Shown one piece after another: positions 9,580 through 17,689 of a DNA stretch of 31,400 nucleotides (positions are counted from its first letter, which is position 1; every line of letters begins with the position of its first letter). The DNA is taken from positions 1,394,845 through 1,426,244 of the forward strand of contig CP070761.1 in assembly GCA_020348985.1 (NCBI GenBank), given 5' to 3'. The DNA is from Candidatus Thorarchaeota archaeon (GTDB taxonomy: Archaea; Asgardarchaeota; Thorarchaeia; Thorarchaeales; Thorarchaeaceae). Below the pieces are notes generated by a model. That model was not told the origin of the DNA. It saw nothing but the letters and a program-made list of their open reading frames with translations, and searched no databases. The translations under genes were made by a program, and so were the position numbers.

Positions 9580-10926
9580 ATGCAAACGATACAGGAAGAC
9601 CGCATCAAGCACATGAATGACCAAGACGTTCAGGATGGGAAGTATGTCCTCTACTGGATGCAAGCTTCTCAAAGAACAGAGTACAATCATTCACTCGAAT
9701 ATGCCATTGAAAAGGCCAACAAGCTAAATCGATCGCTTTTGGTGTACTTCAATATCATACCAGATTTCCCTAGTGCTACCGAAAGGAGCTACCATTTCAT
9801 GTTGCAGGGTCTCAGAGAGGTTGACAAGGCACTCGAAGCTCGCAACATTGAATTCTTGGTCAAGGTCGGACAACCAATCGAAGAAATCAAGGAGTTATCC
9901 AAGGATTCGTCTTTGATAGTACTTGACCGGGACTATCAAAGGACACAGAAACAATGGCGAGAGAAGATTGCATCTTCAGTTAGATGTCGCGTTATCCAGG
10001 TTGAAACGAACGTTCTAGTTCCAGTGGAGACTGCATATGCAAAGGAAGCCTATTCAGCTGGGATTCTCCGGCCGAACATCCACAGAAATCTCGAACGATT
10101 CCTTAAACCCGTATCTGAGCGTTCACTGAACAAACTGCTGCAACACGACCACGAAGGTGTTAATCTACGTGATACTACAAGTGTCTTGGAACTCTTGCAG
10201 GTTGATGAAAGCGTAGCCCGCGTCAAACACATAGTCGGAGGAACAACTGAAGCGAAGAGGCGCCTCTCTGATTTCATAAAACATCAACTGGATGAATTTC
10301 ACATATTGAGAAACGACCCTTCCAAGGACTATCTCTCTGGAATGAGCCCCTATCTTCATTTTGGACAAATCTCACCATTGTTTGTAGCACTGCAGATTGC
10401 TGATTCAAAGAAGGCGGGTGCAGATGCGTATCTGGAAGAATTAATAGTGCGAAGAGAGCTAAGCATGAATTTCGCGCATTTCAATCCAAGTTACGACTCC
10501 TATGATTGTCTTCCAGAGTGGGCAAAGATTACACTTCAGAAACACGCAGATGACACTCGAGAGTACACCTATACAAGAAGACAACTTGAAAACTCAGAAA
10601 CGCACGATTCCTATTGGAATGCAGCCCAGACTGAGATGACAAGAACTGGAAAGATGCATGGTTACATGAGAATGTACTGGGGGAAGAAGATAATCGAATG
10701 GACCCGGCAGCCCAAGAGTGCCTACAGAATCGCACTCTATCTGAACGACAAGTTCGAACTCGACGGCAGAGATCCAAATGGATACGCTGGGGTCGCATGG
10801 TGTTTCGGAAAACATGATCGTGCTTGGGCTGAAAGACCCATTTTTGGAAAAGTGAGGTTCATGAGTGCCAAGGGTCTTGAAAGGAAATTCGAAATTGAAG
10901 AGTATGTCCGGAAGGTCCTCGGCTAG
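9580..10926 (+). CDS. phrB: Class II CPD photolyase (deoxyribodipyrimidine photo-lyase)
   Basis: YVLYWMQ..QR..YN, SGMSPYLHFGQIS, EELIVRRELS.NF, MHGYMRMYWGKK, DGRDPNGY, HDRAW.ERPIFGKVR. Confidence 0.93.
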   Translation: MQTIQEDRIKHMNDQDVQDGKYVLYWMQASQRTEYNHSLEYAIEKANKLNRSLLVYFNIIPDFPSATERSYHFMLQGLREVDKALEARNIEFLVKVGQPIEEIKELSKDSSLIVLDRDYQRTQKQWREKIASSVRCRVIQVETNVLVPVETAYAKEAYSAGILRPNIHRNLERFLKPVSERSLNKLLQHDHEGVNLRDTTSVLELLQVDESVARVKHIVGGTTEAKRRLSDFIKHQLDEFHILRNDPSKDYLSGMSPYLHFGQISPLFVALQIADSKKAGADAYLEELIVRRELSMNFAHFNPSYDSYDCLPEWAKITLQKHADDTREYTYTRRQLENSETHDSYWNAAQTEMTRTGKMHGYMRMYWGKKIIEWTRQPKSAYRIALYLNDKFELDGRDPNGYAGVAWCFGKHDRAWAERPIFGKVRFMSAKGLERKFEIEEYVRKVLG

Positions 10927-10959
10927 TATAGATTGCTTCGTGGTTTTGCCATGACGGGC

Positions 10960-11364
10960 TCATAAAGATCCCTTTCCTATAAAGTAGCGGTGCATTGGCT
11001 CGAAGTAGAACTCTTTCCATCCCTCTTCGTAGTCGGCAGCCTGCCCCTCTGGAATCTCTGTATGAATCAAGGTTATCTTTGTCCCTTCGTCCACACGCTC
11101 CAGGATGATTTCAAGTGTCGAATCCGGACTTTCGTCCGGGAAATCAGTCGTACGCCATTTCTGCAAGATTCTACGGCCCGGTTCCATGGCGATTGTTGAT
11201 CCCGAGATATAACCATCCCACGTGGTGAACTTGCCGTCGATGCTCGGCTCGATTTTGGCATTACTGCCTGTCATCTTGCCATGCTTTTCACCGTCAAGCC
11301 ACGCCTCGTAGATGTCTTCTGGATCTGTGGCAAATATCTCAGAGATTTCCAACCTCTCGGTCAT
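10960..11364 (-). CDS. SRPBCC/AHSA1-like domain protein
   Basis: IYEAWLD, GKFTTWDGYISG, RILQKWR, TKITLIH, GWKEFYFEPM. Confidence 0.85.
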   Translation of the reverse strand: MTERLEISEIFATDPEDIYEAWLDGEKHGKMTGSNAKIEPSIDGKFTTWDGYISGSTIAMEPGRRILQKWRTTDFPDESPDSTLEIILERVDEGTKITLIHTEIPEGQAADYEEGWKEFYFEPMHRYFIGKGSL

Positions 11365-11395
11365 TTCAAGTCTTCAAATCCATTACATTCAAAGA

Positions 11396-11809
11396 CTATG
11401 AACTTAGTCGTACAATCGTTTCTCTCAGCTTTCTTCCCTTGATGATAGAATGACAGAAGAGCGGCAGACAGATGATGGCAAGTCCAAGACCTAGGAGAAA
11501 GTCTGGATGGCTTACGAGAATTTCAGGATAGTACAACAGGACTGAGACGAGAGCTAGAAGCAAACTGCTGACTACCAAGGTCAGAGCCACAACCGCGCGA
11601 TACTCGCCCGCGGTCATGCAATCGGTTGAGCAATAGGTTTTGGAATTCAGCTTGCTCTTGTGTGATCTATTCCCAATTGGCTCTCCGCACCAAGCACATC
11701 GCTCCAACTCATCTTCGACGGCGTACGTGCGGAATTCGTCAGCCAAGACAGTCTCTCCAACATGGGTAGAATCCAAGCCGTCATATAACTTCCGCAGTGC
11801 CTTCTGCAT
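11396..11809 (-). CDS. Hypothetical membrane protein with TRASH/MYM-like Zn finger and two TM helices
   Basis: CAWCG...YCSTDC followed by two hydrophobic segments and a basic tail. Confidence 0.65.
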   Translation of the reverse strand: MQKALRKLYDGLDSTHVGETVLADEFRTYAVEDELERCAWCGEPIGNRSHKSKLNSKTYCSTDCMTAGEYRAVVALTLVVSSLLLALVSVLLYYPEILVSHPDFLLGLGLAIICLPLFCHSIIKGRKLRETIVRLSS

Positions 11810-11907
11810 GTCATTGGTCTTTTTCCTTGGCTGTCAACTGTTGTTCATCCAAATATACGTCTTCTATTACTGACACGTGACTCAACAAGACGGTCTATGT
11901 TGTGTAG

Positions 11908-12903
11908 CTAACTGAAGCTGGCCTTGCGTACCCCAGATTCCCACGTCTTCGCAACTTTCTCCAACTGAGTTCCAACTAATTGAATCTGAGCGAAGTCCGA
12001 CTCGCCAACTCCTCTTTCTGCTGCGAGCCTAAGATACGATACATCAAAGGGGTTTAGTCCACCGATTCTTGCCGCAACGAAATCGAGCGCTAGAGGATCC
12101 CGACTGGCAAGAATCGTATTGAGTTCAAAAGGGTCCATTCCTTTTGTACGTTTCATGTCGACATCATTGTTCACAATCACACCATCGACTACATTGAGGA
12201 CTGGCTTAATCACCAAGTTCACATCAACCAATCCTTGGGCAAGGTTTGCATGAATCCGCCGTTTTTCACCCCGAGGACTCCACCATTTTAGGTAGGTGGG
12301 ATGGTAGTACTTGCCCTCGGTTGTCAAGAACTCGGGAGATAGATCCACGCAGAATCCAGAGGGCTGAGTTGATGAGTACTCGCCTTTTCCAGGGAGGGCT
12401 CCCAGGAGATTCTTGACTGCTAGGCTTGCCCAATCCTGGTGTTCTGGGGCCCGCTTGTACAACTTGAGCTTGGGCACGTTGATAATCACGTCGCTCTCAA
12501 GAATGAGTCTCGGAACTTGTAACTCTTGTACACACTCACCGCCCGGAACAGCTATTTTCGTCGTTGGGCTTTCATTCAGGTCGACCAGATTCACTCCATA
12601 CTTCTCGGCCAGCTCTGTGAATCCACTCGCCCTGAATGCAAGTCTGGTATCAATGCCTCCTGAACCTTCAGCAATGCTCACCTCAGAAGGGTTCATCTTC
12701 TGACATAAACGAATGATGGCTTCAACGACCGGTGGATCCGTTGTGAAGCCTGTAAATGGAGGTAGCCCAAAGACGAGGTTTGGCTTGATTACGACTGTGT
12801 CCTCTGGTTGGATGAAACTCTCAATCCCCCCAAGGAGACTGATTGATTCCTCAACAGCGTTTCTAATATTGACGTCTTGCACTATTGACACAATCGTCAT
12901 CAT
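11908..12903 (-). CDS. DUF362 domain protein
   Basis: VVIKPNL, TTDP.VV, IAEGSG, IINVPKLK, VKNLLG, VVDG, ASRDPLALD. Confidence 0.85.
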   Translation of the reverse strand: MMTIVSIVQDVNIRNAVEESISLLGGIESFIQPEDTVVIKPNLVFGLPPFTGFTTDPPVVEAIIRLCQKMNPSEVSIAEGSGGIDTRLAFRASGFTELAEKYGVNLVDLNESPTTKIAVPGGECVQELQVPRLILESDVIINVPKLKLYKRAPEHQDWASLAVKNLLGALPGKGEYSSTQPSGFCVDLSPEFLTTEGKYYHPTYLKWWSPRGEKRRIHANLAQGLVDVNLVIKPVLNVVDGVIVNNDVDMKRTKGMDPFELNTILASRDPLALDFVAARIGGLNPFDVSYLRLAAERGVGESDFAQIQLVGTQLEKVAKTWESGVRKASFS

Positions 12904-12965
12904 TGAACCACATCAACGTTCAGAGGCATGATTTTAATCATCCGCCTTTCCAGCCAGAAGAGTCG

Positions 12966-13013
12966 AGGAAAGAAAAGATGGAGAGGCATCTTGGAAGCAA
13001 CCAAGAGCCTCCC
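12966..13013 (-). terminator. Hairpin plus U-rich tract downstream of the secreted-protein gene
   Basis: Minus strand GAGGC-TCTTGG-ttgctt-CCAAGA-t-GCCTC followed by ATCTTTTCTTTCC, about 25 nt after the stop at 13037. Confidence 0.6.
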
Positions 13014-13036
13014 TCTACTTATTAGGCGTTGGTGTC

Positions 13037-13522
13037 TCAGTTTATCAAGACTGGACCTATTGCGACACCGTCATACAGAACGGTTGACCAGTATATTTGA
13101 CCGTTCATGTGAACCTGGTGGCCAACTAGATCAGCGTATTTTCCAGTTGCTTCCGTTACCACGCCATTCATCCTGAATTTCCAATTCGAGAATGTGGTTG
13201 ATCCTTTGTCAATGCCTGTGATTGTGTGTCCATCGCCGTCAACTATTGTCCAAAGCTCAGTGAAGAAATGCACGTTTCCCACATCCTTCGGCGGAATTGG
13301 TCCTGTGGCCCAGAATTTCATTGTTCCTTCGATATCTCCATGAATATACCCTTGCCAGATGGGCACGGTAGGATTCGTAAGCACTTCCGGATTGAAGTTC
13401 ACCTCCATAGTACTCCGAATCTGCTTGGCTTCGACAGCAGGGACAGAAGCGACAATGAAGGTCAAAGCTAAGAGAACAACACCCAACTGCTTCGCGAAAC
13501 TCATTTTGTACAGCTTTTTCAC
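13037..13522 (-). CDS. Secreted hypothetical beta-rich protein
   Basis: Signal peptide (KQLGVVLLALTFIVASVPAVEA) and alternating beta-strand pattern. Start is either GTG 13522 or ATG 13504. Confidence 0.75.
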   Translation of the reverse strand: MKKLYKMSFAKQLGVVLLALTFIVASVPAVEAKQIRSTMEVNFNPEVLTNPTVPIWQGYIHGDIEGTMKFWATGPIPPKDVGNVHFFTELWTIVDGDGHTITGIDKGSTTFSNWKFRMNGVVTEATGKYADLVGHQVHMNGQIYWSTVLYDGVAIGPVLIN

Positions 13523-13656
13523 CTCCCAATCAGTCTGTATATGTCTCTTGACATGGAAACTGATATTCCGCGTTCTGCATTACACAAGGTTGCTTGACAC
13601 TACCAGCATAATGCAATTCGTGTGCCCACTTTCTCGAATATCAGTGAGCGGGAGGT
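13521..13656 (-). promoter_or_regulatory. Structured 5' leader with anti-SD pairing (candidate cis-regulatory RNA)
   Basis: Nested inverted repeats 13521-27/13650-56 (7 bp, covers GGGAGGT), 13559-68/13636-45 (10 bp) and 13576-85/13606-15 (10 bp including 2 G-U on the minus strand). Confidence 0.5.
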
Positions 13657-13862
13657 AGCCAACTACAGAACTGGCAAAAAACCATAGGTGGCAGCATGAT
13701 TGAGGCTTACACCTTTCGGAATATTGCCGCAGAAGAGAGCCCTTTTAACAGACTGCAACATCTAGCTGCATAGGCTGAAGGGAAAGAGGCCGCCCATAGA
13801 TACTTCGAACCAATCGACTACACTGAACCTTTTCCCAAGCGCTCCAAATCGTGGTGAATTGA

Positions 13863-14807
13863 TTGGATCCTCTTGATTGGGCTTTGGTCTGTCATTTGGC
13901 AGCTGACGCGAGGATGTCCTATCAATTCCTTGCGCGAACACTCGGGGTCTCCTCGAATACCGTCAAGAATCGAATGAATAAGCTTCTCGAGCGGGAGGTA
14001 ATCCTAGGCTTTGGTGTCATGGTCAGCGTGGAAATGATAGGTGCAGAACACGTTGCAGGTTTTGTCGCAACTAACGGGTCCGAAGAAGTGATAGACTTCA
14101 TGGAGCAAGTCGCTACACAGCCTATGGTGTGTGAAGTCTATCGGACAAGTGATAGACGCTATGAATACTGGGCCATGGTAACAGGTGCGAGTGAGACCTT
14201 GGGACTCAAGAGGTTCCTGAAAGATCTTGACGGGGTAAATCATGTGGAAATGAGGCCTCAGGTTTTCTTCTTTCCGAACAAACCATCCGGCTTCTTCCTT
14301 AACACGAGGGGGCGGAAGGTGACCTTCTCGCGGTCTCAGCTTCTTGTACTGCGATGCCTTATGAAGGATGCGCGAATGCCAGTATCTCAAATAGCGAAAG
14401 AAACGGGCTTCACTCCAAGAAGGGCGCGAAGAATCCTGCGAGAGTTGCAGGATGGAGGTGGTGTCGTCTTCTCAATTGGTTACGATGTATTTGCCTTAGG
14501 AGACATGGAATATCGATTGAGAATCTGTTATGATGAATCACAAGCAAGTGGACACGAGGTCCTTAGGCAGATATACGAGAAATACCCTAACGAATTCTGG
14601 TGGTCCGCCATAGTCACGAATGAGCCAATGCTCGAGTTGGGTCTGATTATTGATCGACCGGGCAGAGGCGGTCTTATTCTGAACGAGCTCAAAGCTATTC
14701 CCTTTGTCAAGTCAGTCGAGGATATGGTTTCTTTTCCTCGAGTTGTCCGTGGAAATAACCCTCTAAGGCGCCGACTGGAGGAATTACTGATCGAAGCAGG
14801 ACTCTGA
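13863..14807 (+). CDS. Lrp/AsnC-family regulator with two tandem HTH modules
   Basis: MDPLD...DARMSYQFLA..LGVSSNTVKNR and a second DARMPVSQIAKETGFTPRRARRIL; GGTGA SD before the TTG. Confidence 0.85.
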   Translation: MDPLDWALVCHLAADARMSYQFLARTLGVSSNTVKNRMNKLLEREVILGFGVMVSVEMIGAEHVAGFVATNGSEEVIDFMEQVATQPMVCEVYRTSDRRYEYWAMVTGASETLGLKRFLKDLDGVNHVEMRPQVFFFPNKPSGFFLNTRGRKVTFSRSQLLVLRCLMKDARMPVSQIAKETGFTPRRARRILRELQDGGGVVFSIGYDVFALGDMEYRLRICYDESQASGHEVLRQIYEKYPNEFWWSAIVTNEPMLELGLIIDRPGRGGLILNELKAIPFVKSVEDMVSFPRVVRGNNPLRRRLEELLIEAGL

Positions 14808-14944
14808 CTTTCGAGCTTTGTTTTTCTCTGCAAGAGGGCCGCCAATGACTCCCAAGGGGAATCTGCACGAGGGCTTCAAGAAAAGGCCCTATGACCCCTC
14901 TTAGTGTTGTTTTGAGATTTATGAACGCCCCAAATTTGCAACAA

Positions 14945-14956
14945 TAAGGTTAAATC
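14945..14956 (+). promoter_or_regulatory. Putative archaeal TATA box for an intergenic transcript
   Basis: AAGGTTAAAT preceded by A-rich CAATAA; no annotated gene follows on this strand. Confidence 0.35.
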
Positions 14957-15078
14957 CATTTTTGCATGAGTGACGTGGCGAGGTTTTCTGTAGGAGTACA
15001 TCATGATGTCCTCGAAGAGGACTAGTGCTCTGTCGTCGTCTCATGAATGACCTTCGAGTGTCTAGAGAGGTGACACAA

Positions 15079-15141
15079 GTGAAAAACAACAAGCAGAAGA
15101 AGCAGGCCAAGCCAAAACCGAAACCAAAGATCAATTCTTAG
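15079..15141 (+). CDS. Putative 20-aa Lys-rich micropeptide MKNNKQKKQAKPKPKPKINS
   Basis: GAGGTGA SD (15067-73) 5 nt before GTG; 8 of 20 residues are Lys; TAG stop followed by a second in-frame TAG at 15148. Confidence 0.4.
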   Translation: MKNNKQKKQAKPKPKPKINS

Positions 15142-15228
15142 GGGTCTTAGTCTGTTGCCTCCCGGCTGCATAATGAACTGAGGGGGGAAGCGGCACACCC
15201 CCCTCGAATCCAATCGGATAACAAACAT

Positions 15229-15329
15229 GCTGAATGGTTGCAAGGTCATGTTACTTCTCAATCGGAAACTGCTGGAAACACCTTCTGCAATAAATCTGCA
15301 GAGCCCCTTCACAGGTGCAACCATTCAGC
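15229..15329. repeat. Perfect 14-bp inverted repeat enclosing 73 nt
   Basis: GCTGAATGGTTGCA (15229-42) / TGCAACCATTCAGC (15316-29); inner TCTGCA/TGCAGA hairpin at 15284-15302. Confidence 0.85.
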
Positions 15330-15390
15330 GCTTTCACTTGACTTGAACCGGGGCGAATCGTGTCTTTTTTTGGGGGGCAGATTGCTGTGA

Positions 15391-15942
15391 CTAGATGCGA
15401 GCGAACAAAAGGTCCTTCTCCATTTCCTCCAATCGCTCGTTGAAACGACGATTAAAATCTGCGAGAAGATCTACATAACTCCTGAACCATGCAGAAAACG
15501 TGGTGATAACCTCCCTCAGCTTCCTGCTTTCCGCGGTGGACTTAATCCTGCTAGGGAGGTTCTGCCATTCTGACAGAATATGGTCCATGACCTCAAGCTT
15601 GCTCTTGATGAATCTCTCGGCAGTTTCAATCCCCTGCCTAAATCCATCAAGGAACGGCCTAGCACTCCCTCCATAGAGCATGGTCCGTGAACCTGGAGTC
15701 GGCTCTCTTGATATCATCTGTCTCTGTTCAAGATTCGCCAAGTAACGAGATATCTGACTTCTTGAATAACCAGTTCTCTTGGCTATCTGCTCTTGCGTCA
15801 TTGGATCGGGCGATAGCACAATCATTGCGTAGATTCTTGCAATCATTGGGTCGTTTCCGCGGAACTGTACAAACTCCTCAAGGGTCTGCACGAAAGCCGA
15901 CCTGAGTCGATGGAACTTCGAACTGGCTGCTATAGTCATCAT
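15391..15942 (-). CDS. GbsR/MarR-like winged-HTH regulator
   Basis: ARIYAMIVLSPDPMTQEQIAKRTGYSRSQISRYLANL, helical C-terminus; divergent from the hydrolase. Confidence 0.85.
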   Translation of the reverse strand: MMTIAASSKFHRLRSAFVQTLEEFVQFRGNDPMIARIYAMIVLSPDPMTQEQIAKRTGYSRSQISRYLANLEQRQMISREPTPGSRTMLYGGSARPFLDGFRQGIETAERFIKSKLEVMDHILSEWQNLPSRIKSTAESRKLREVITTFSAWFRSYVDLLADFNRRFNERLEEMEKDLLFARI

Positions 15943-15950
15943 CAATCTTT

Positions 15951-15990
15951 CCTATTTTGCATAATTTGCATTGTAATGAAAATTTATAAG
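15951..15990. promoter_or_regulatory. Divergent promoter/operator between the regulator and the hydrolase
   Basis: TTTGCAT twice (15956-62, 15965-71); TTTATA at 15983-88, 24 nt before ATG 16012 (leaderless geometry). Confidence 0.55.
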
Positions 15991-16011
15991 CATTTGGTTC
16001 TAGTACTACGT

Positions 16012-16962
16012 ATGAGCGAGTTCACGGAGCAGTTTCTCGACACTGGTGAGCTGAAGATTCATTATAGAGTTGGTCCGGACAACGACCCCCCGCTTGTTCT
16101 CATCCCAGGCCAGGGTGGCGATTGGAAAAACTACGAGAAGGTGCTCGAACCACTTTCCGGCAATTTCCAGGTGTACGCAGTCGATGTCCGCGGACATGGA
16201 AAGTCTGACTGGGCGACAGGCAACTACACATGGGATACGATTGGTGCCGACATGGTTGCTCTTCTTGAGAAGGTGGTCAAGCGAAGGGCCATAGTCTCTG
16301 GCAATTCTTCAGGCGGCCTGATTGCCCTCTGGCTGGCCGCTAACAGACCGGACCTTGTCAGTGGCATTGTGATGGAAGATCCCCCATTATTCTCTGCAGA
16401 GTGGCCCAGAATAAGAGATGACAGTTTTGTCTACAGGGTTCTCACAATCACAGTTGAAATCAGCCGAGTGTTAAGGGAATCGAGAAGCACACGCGAATTG
16501 GCGAAGGAATTCATGAAGATAAAGAGGCCAGTCAAAGGGGGAAAGATTCGCGGAATGCCTTCAATTCTGGCATACTATATCGCCTTCCGTATCCGTCGTT
16601 CCCAGAAACGCAACTCCGGTGAGCCATCTCTATCGGGAAGATTGAAAACATTGGTTGACATGCTTTATGCTTTTGACGCCGACTTCTCACAAGCATTCCT
16701 TGACGGAAGAGTCTATGAAGGCCTGGATCATGCCGACGCACTGAGTCGAGCCGAATGCCCGATGCTTCTCCTACACGCAAACTGGCTAAGGCACCCAGAA
16801 TTCGGTCTTGTTGGTGCAATGGATGATGATGACGCCGCACGAGCGAGAAAACTAGTCCCTGAAATGCAATACAAGAGAATTGATTCTGACCATGTCATCC
16901 ACTCACACAGGCCGGAGGTCTTCGTGAGAGAGGTTGAAGAGTTCGCGGCTCAGCTCCAATAG
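16012..16962 (+). CDS. Alpha/beta-fold hydrolase
   Basis: LVLIPG, DVRGHGKS, nucleophile elbow GNSSGG, EDPP, C-terminal DHVIH. Start moved to ATG 16012 because the longer ORF overlaps the divergent gene. Confidence 0.92.
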   Translation: MSEFTEQFLDTGELKIHYRVGPDNDPPLVLIPGQGGDWKNYEKVLEPLSGNFQVYAVDVRGHGKSDWATGNYTWDTIGADMVALLEKVVKRRAIVSGNSSGGLIALWLAANRPDLVSGIVMEDPPLFSAEWPRIRDDSFVYRVLTITVEISRVLRESRSTRELAKEFMKIKRPVKGGKIRGMPSILAYYIAFRIRRSQKRNSGEPSLSGRLKTLVDMLYAFDADFSQAFLDGRVYEGLDHADALSRAECPMLLLHANWLRHPEFGLVGAMDDDDAARARKLVPEMQYKRIDSDHVIHSHRPEVFVREVEEFAAQLQ

Positions 16963-17092
16963 TCTTCGTTCTCATGGAATCTTCTTGGATTGGTAGTCAA
17001 AGTCCGGTGATTGATAAGACTCATTACAAAGGAGATTGCTGAACAGAGCAGGTAAGCCTAGTTGCGTGGTCTTTACTAGGGAGGAGTTAGAA

Positions 17093-17689
17093 TTGCACGA
17101 CAATGTGCCTTCGACAACTTCTGAATTCAAGTCTCTTATCGATTCGACCTTTGAAACACTTCTGACAATCACAACTATACTGTCCGGAGTCTATGTCGCG
17201 GTTACTTTCGGATGGTTTGGTCAAGCGATGATGGAGCCGCATCCTGGAACACCGATAAGCCCAGAGATGCTGACAGTAGCAATGATGGGGGTTTTTCTTG
17301 GACTGATCTTCATCATTCCGCTTGTGGTGGTTGTTCTGTCCTGGGCGTATTCCAAGTTCACTGATTCGAGAACACTAAGAGTCGCGGCATGGTCAGGTCT
17401 AATCTACTGTCTAGCACAGGACATTGTTGGAATTATAGTGCTTCTTGCGATTCCCATGATCGCTTCCGGAACCTTTGTAGGCCCTCTTCTACTCGCCGGC
17501 GTGGCTTTCGTTCTGAGCGTACCTGCTTTTCTGGGAGTTTGGTTGGGCTACAGAGTCAGTGTGAGATATTATAGAGATGTTTTGGAGCCTGGGGCGCGGA
17601 CAAGGGGCTTTGCTTCGATTGCCTTGGCCGCGGTCCTAACCATTATGTCAATCCAGGCAGTTCTAGGGCTGTTCATTCTGACTCTTTAG
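17093..17689 (+). CDS. Hypothetical multi-pass membrane protein (about 5 TM)
   Basis: Hydrophobic segments; GGGAGGAG SD before the in-frame TTG at 17093. Confidence 0.7.
   Translation: MHDNVPSTTSEFKSLIDSTFETLLTITTILSGVYVAVTFGWFGQAMMEPHPGTPISPEMLTVAMMGVFLGLIFIIPLVVVVLSWAYSKFTDSRTLRVAAWSGLIYCLAQDIVGIIVLLAIPMIASGTFVGPLLLAGVAFVLSVPAFLGVWLGYRVSVRYYRDVLEPGARTRGFASIALAAVLTIMSIQAVLGLFILTL

Noticed and set aside
6106-11364. Hsp90 co-chaperone cluster (TPR plus AHSA1)
   Set aside because: Both domains are widespread in prokaryotes, the genes are separated by an opposite-strand photolyase, and no Hsp90 is present.
13785-14846. Similar AAGAGG(G)CCGCC sequences flanking the Lrp gene as att sites or TSD
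   Set aside because: Short and imperfect, with no recombinase nearby.
14919-15134. 71-aa hydrophobic minus-strand ORF as a type I toxin
   Set aside because: The hydrophobic start is simply the complement of the Lys-rich + strand ORF; TTG start with no well-placed SD.
14808-15390. RNase P RNA, SRP RNA, tmRNA, SECIS or a known riboswitch (TPP, glycine, cobalamin)
   Set aside because: Only fragmentary resemblances; the diagnostic cores and tRNA-like ends were not found on either strand by eye.
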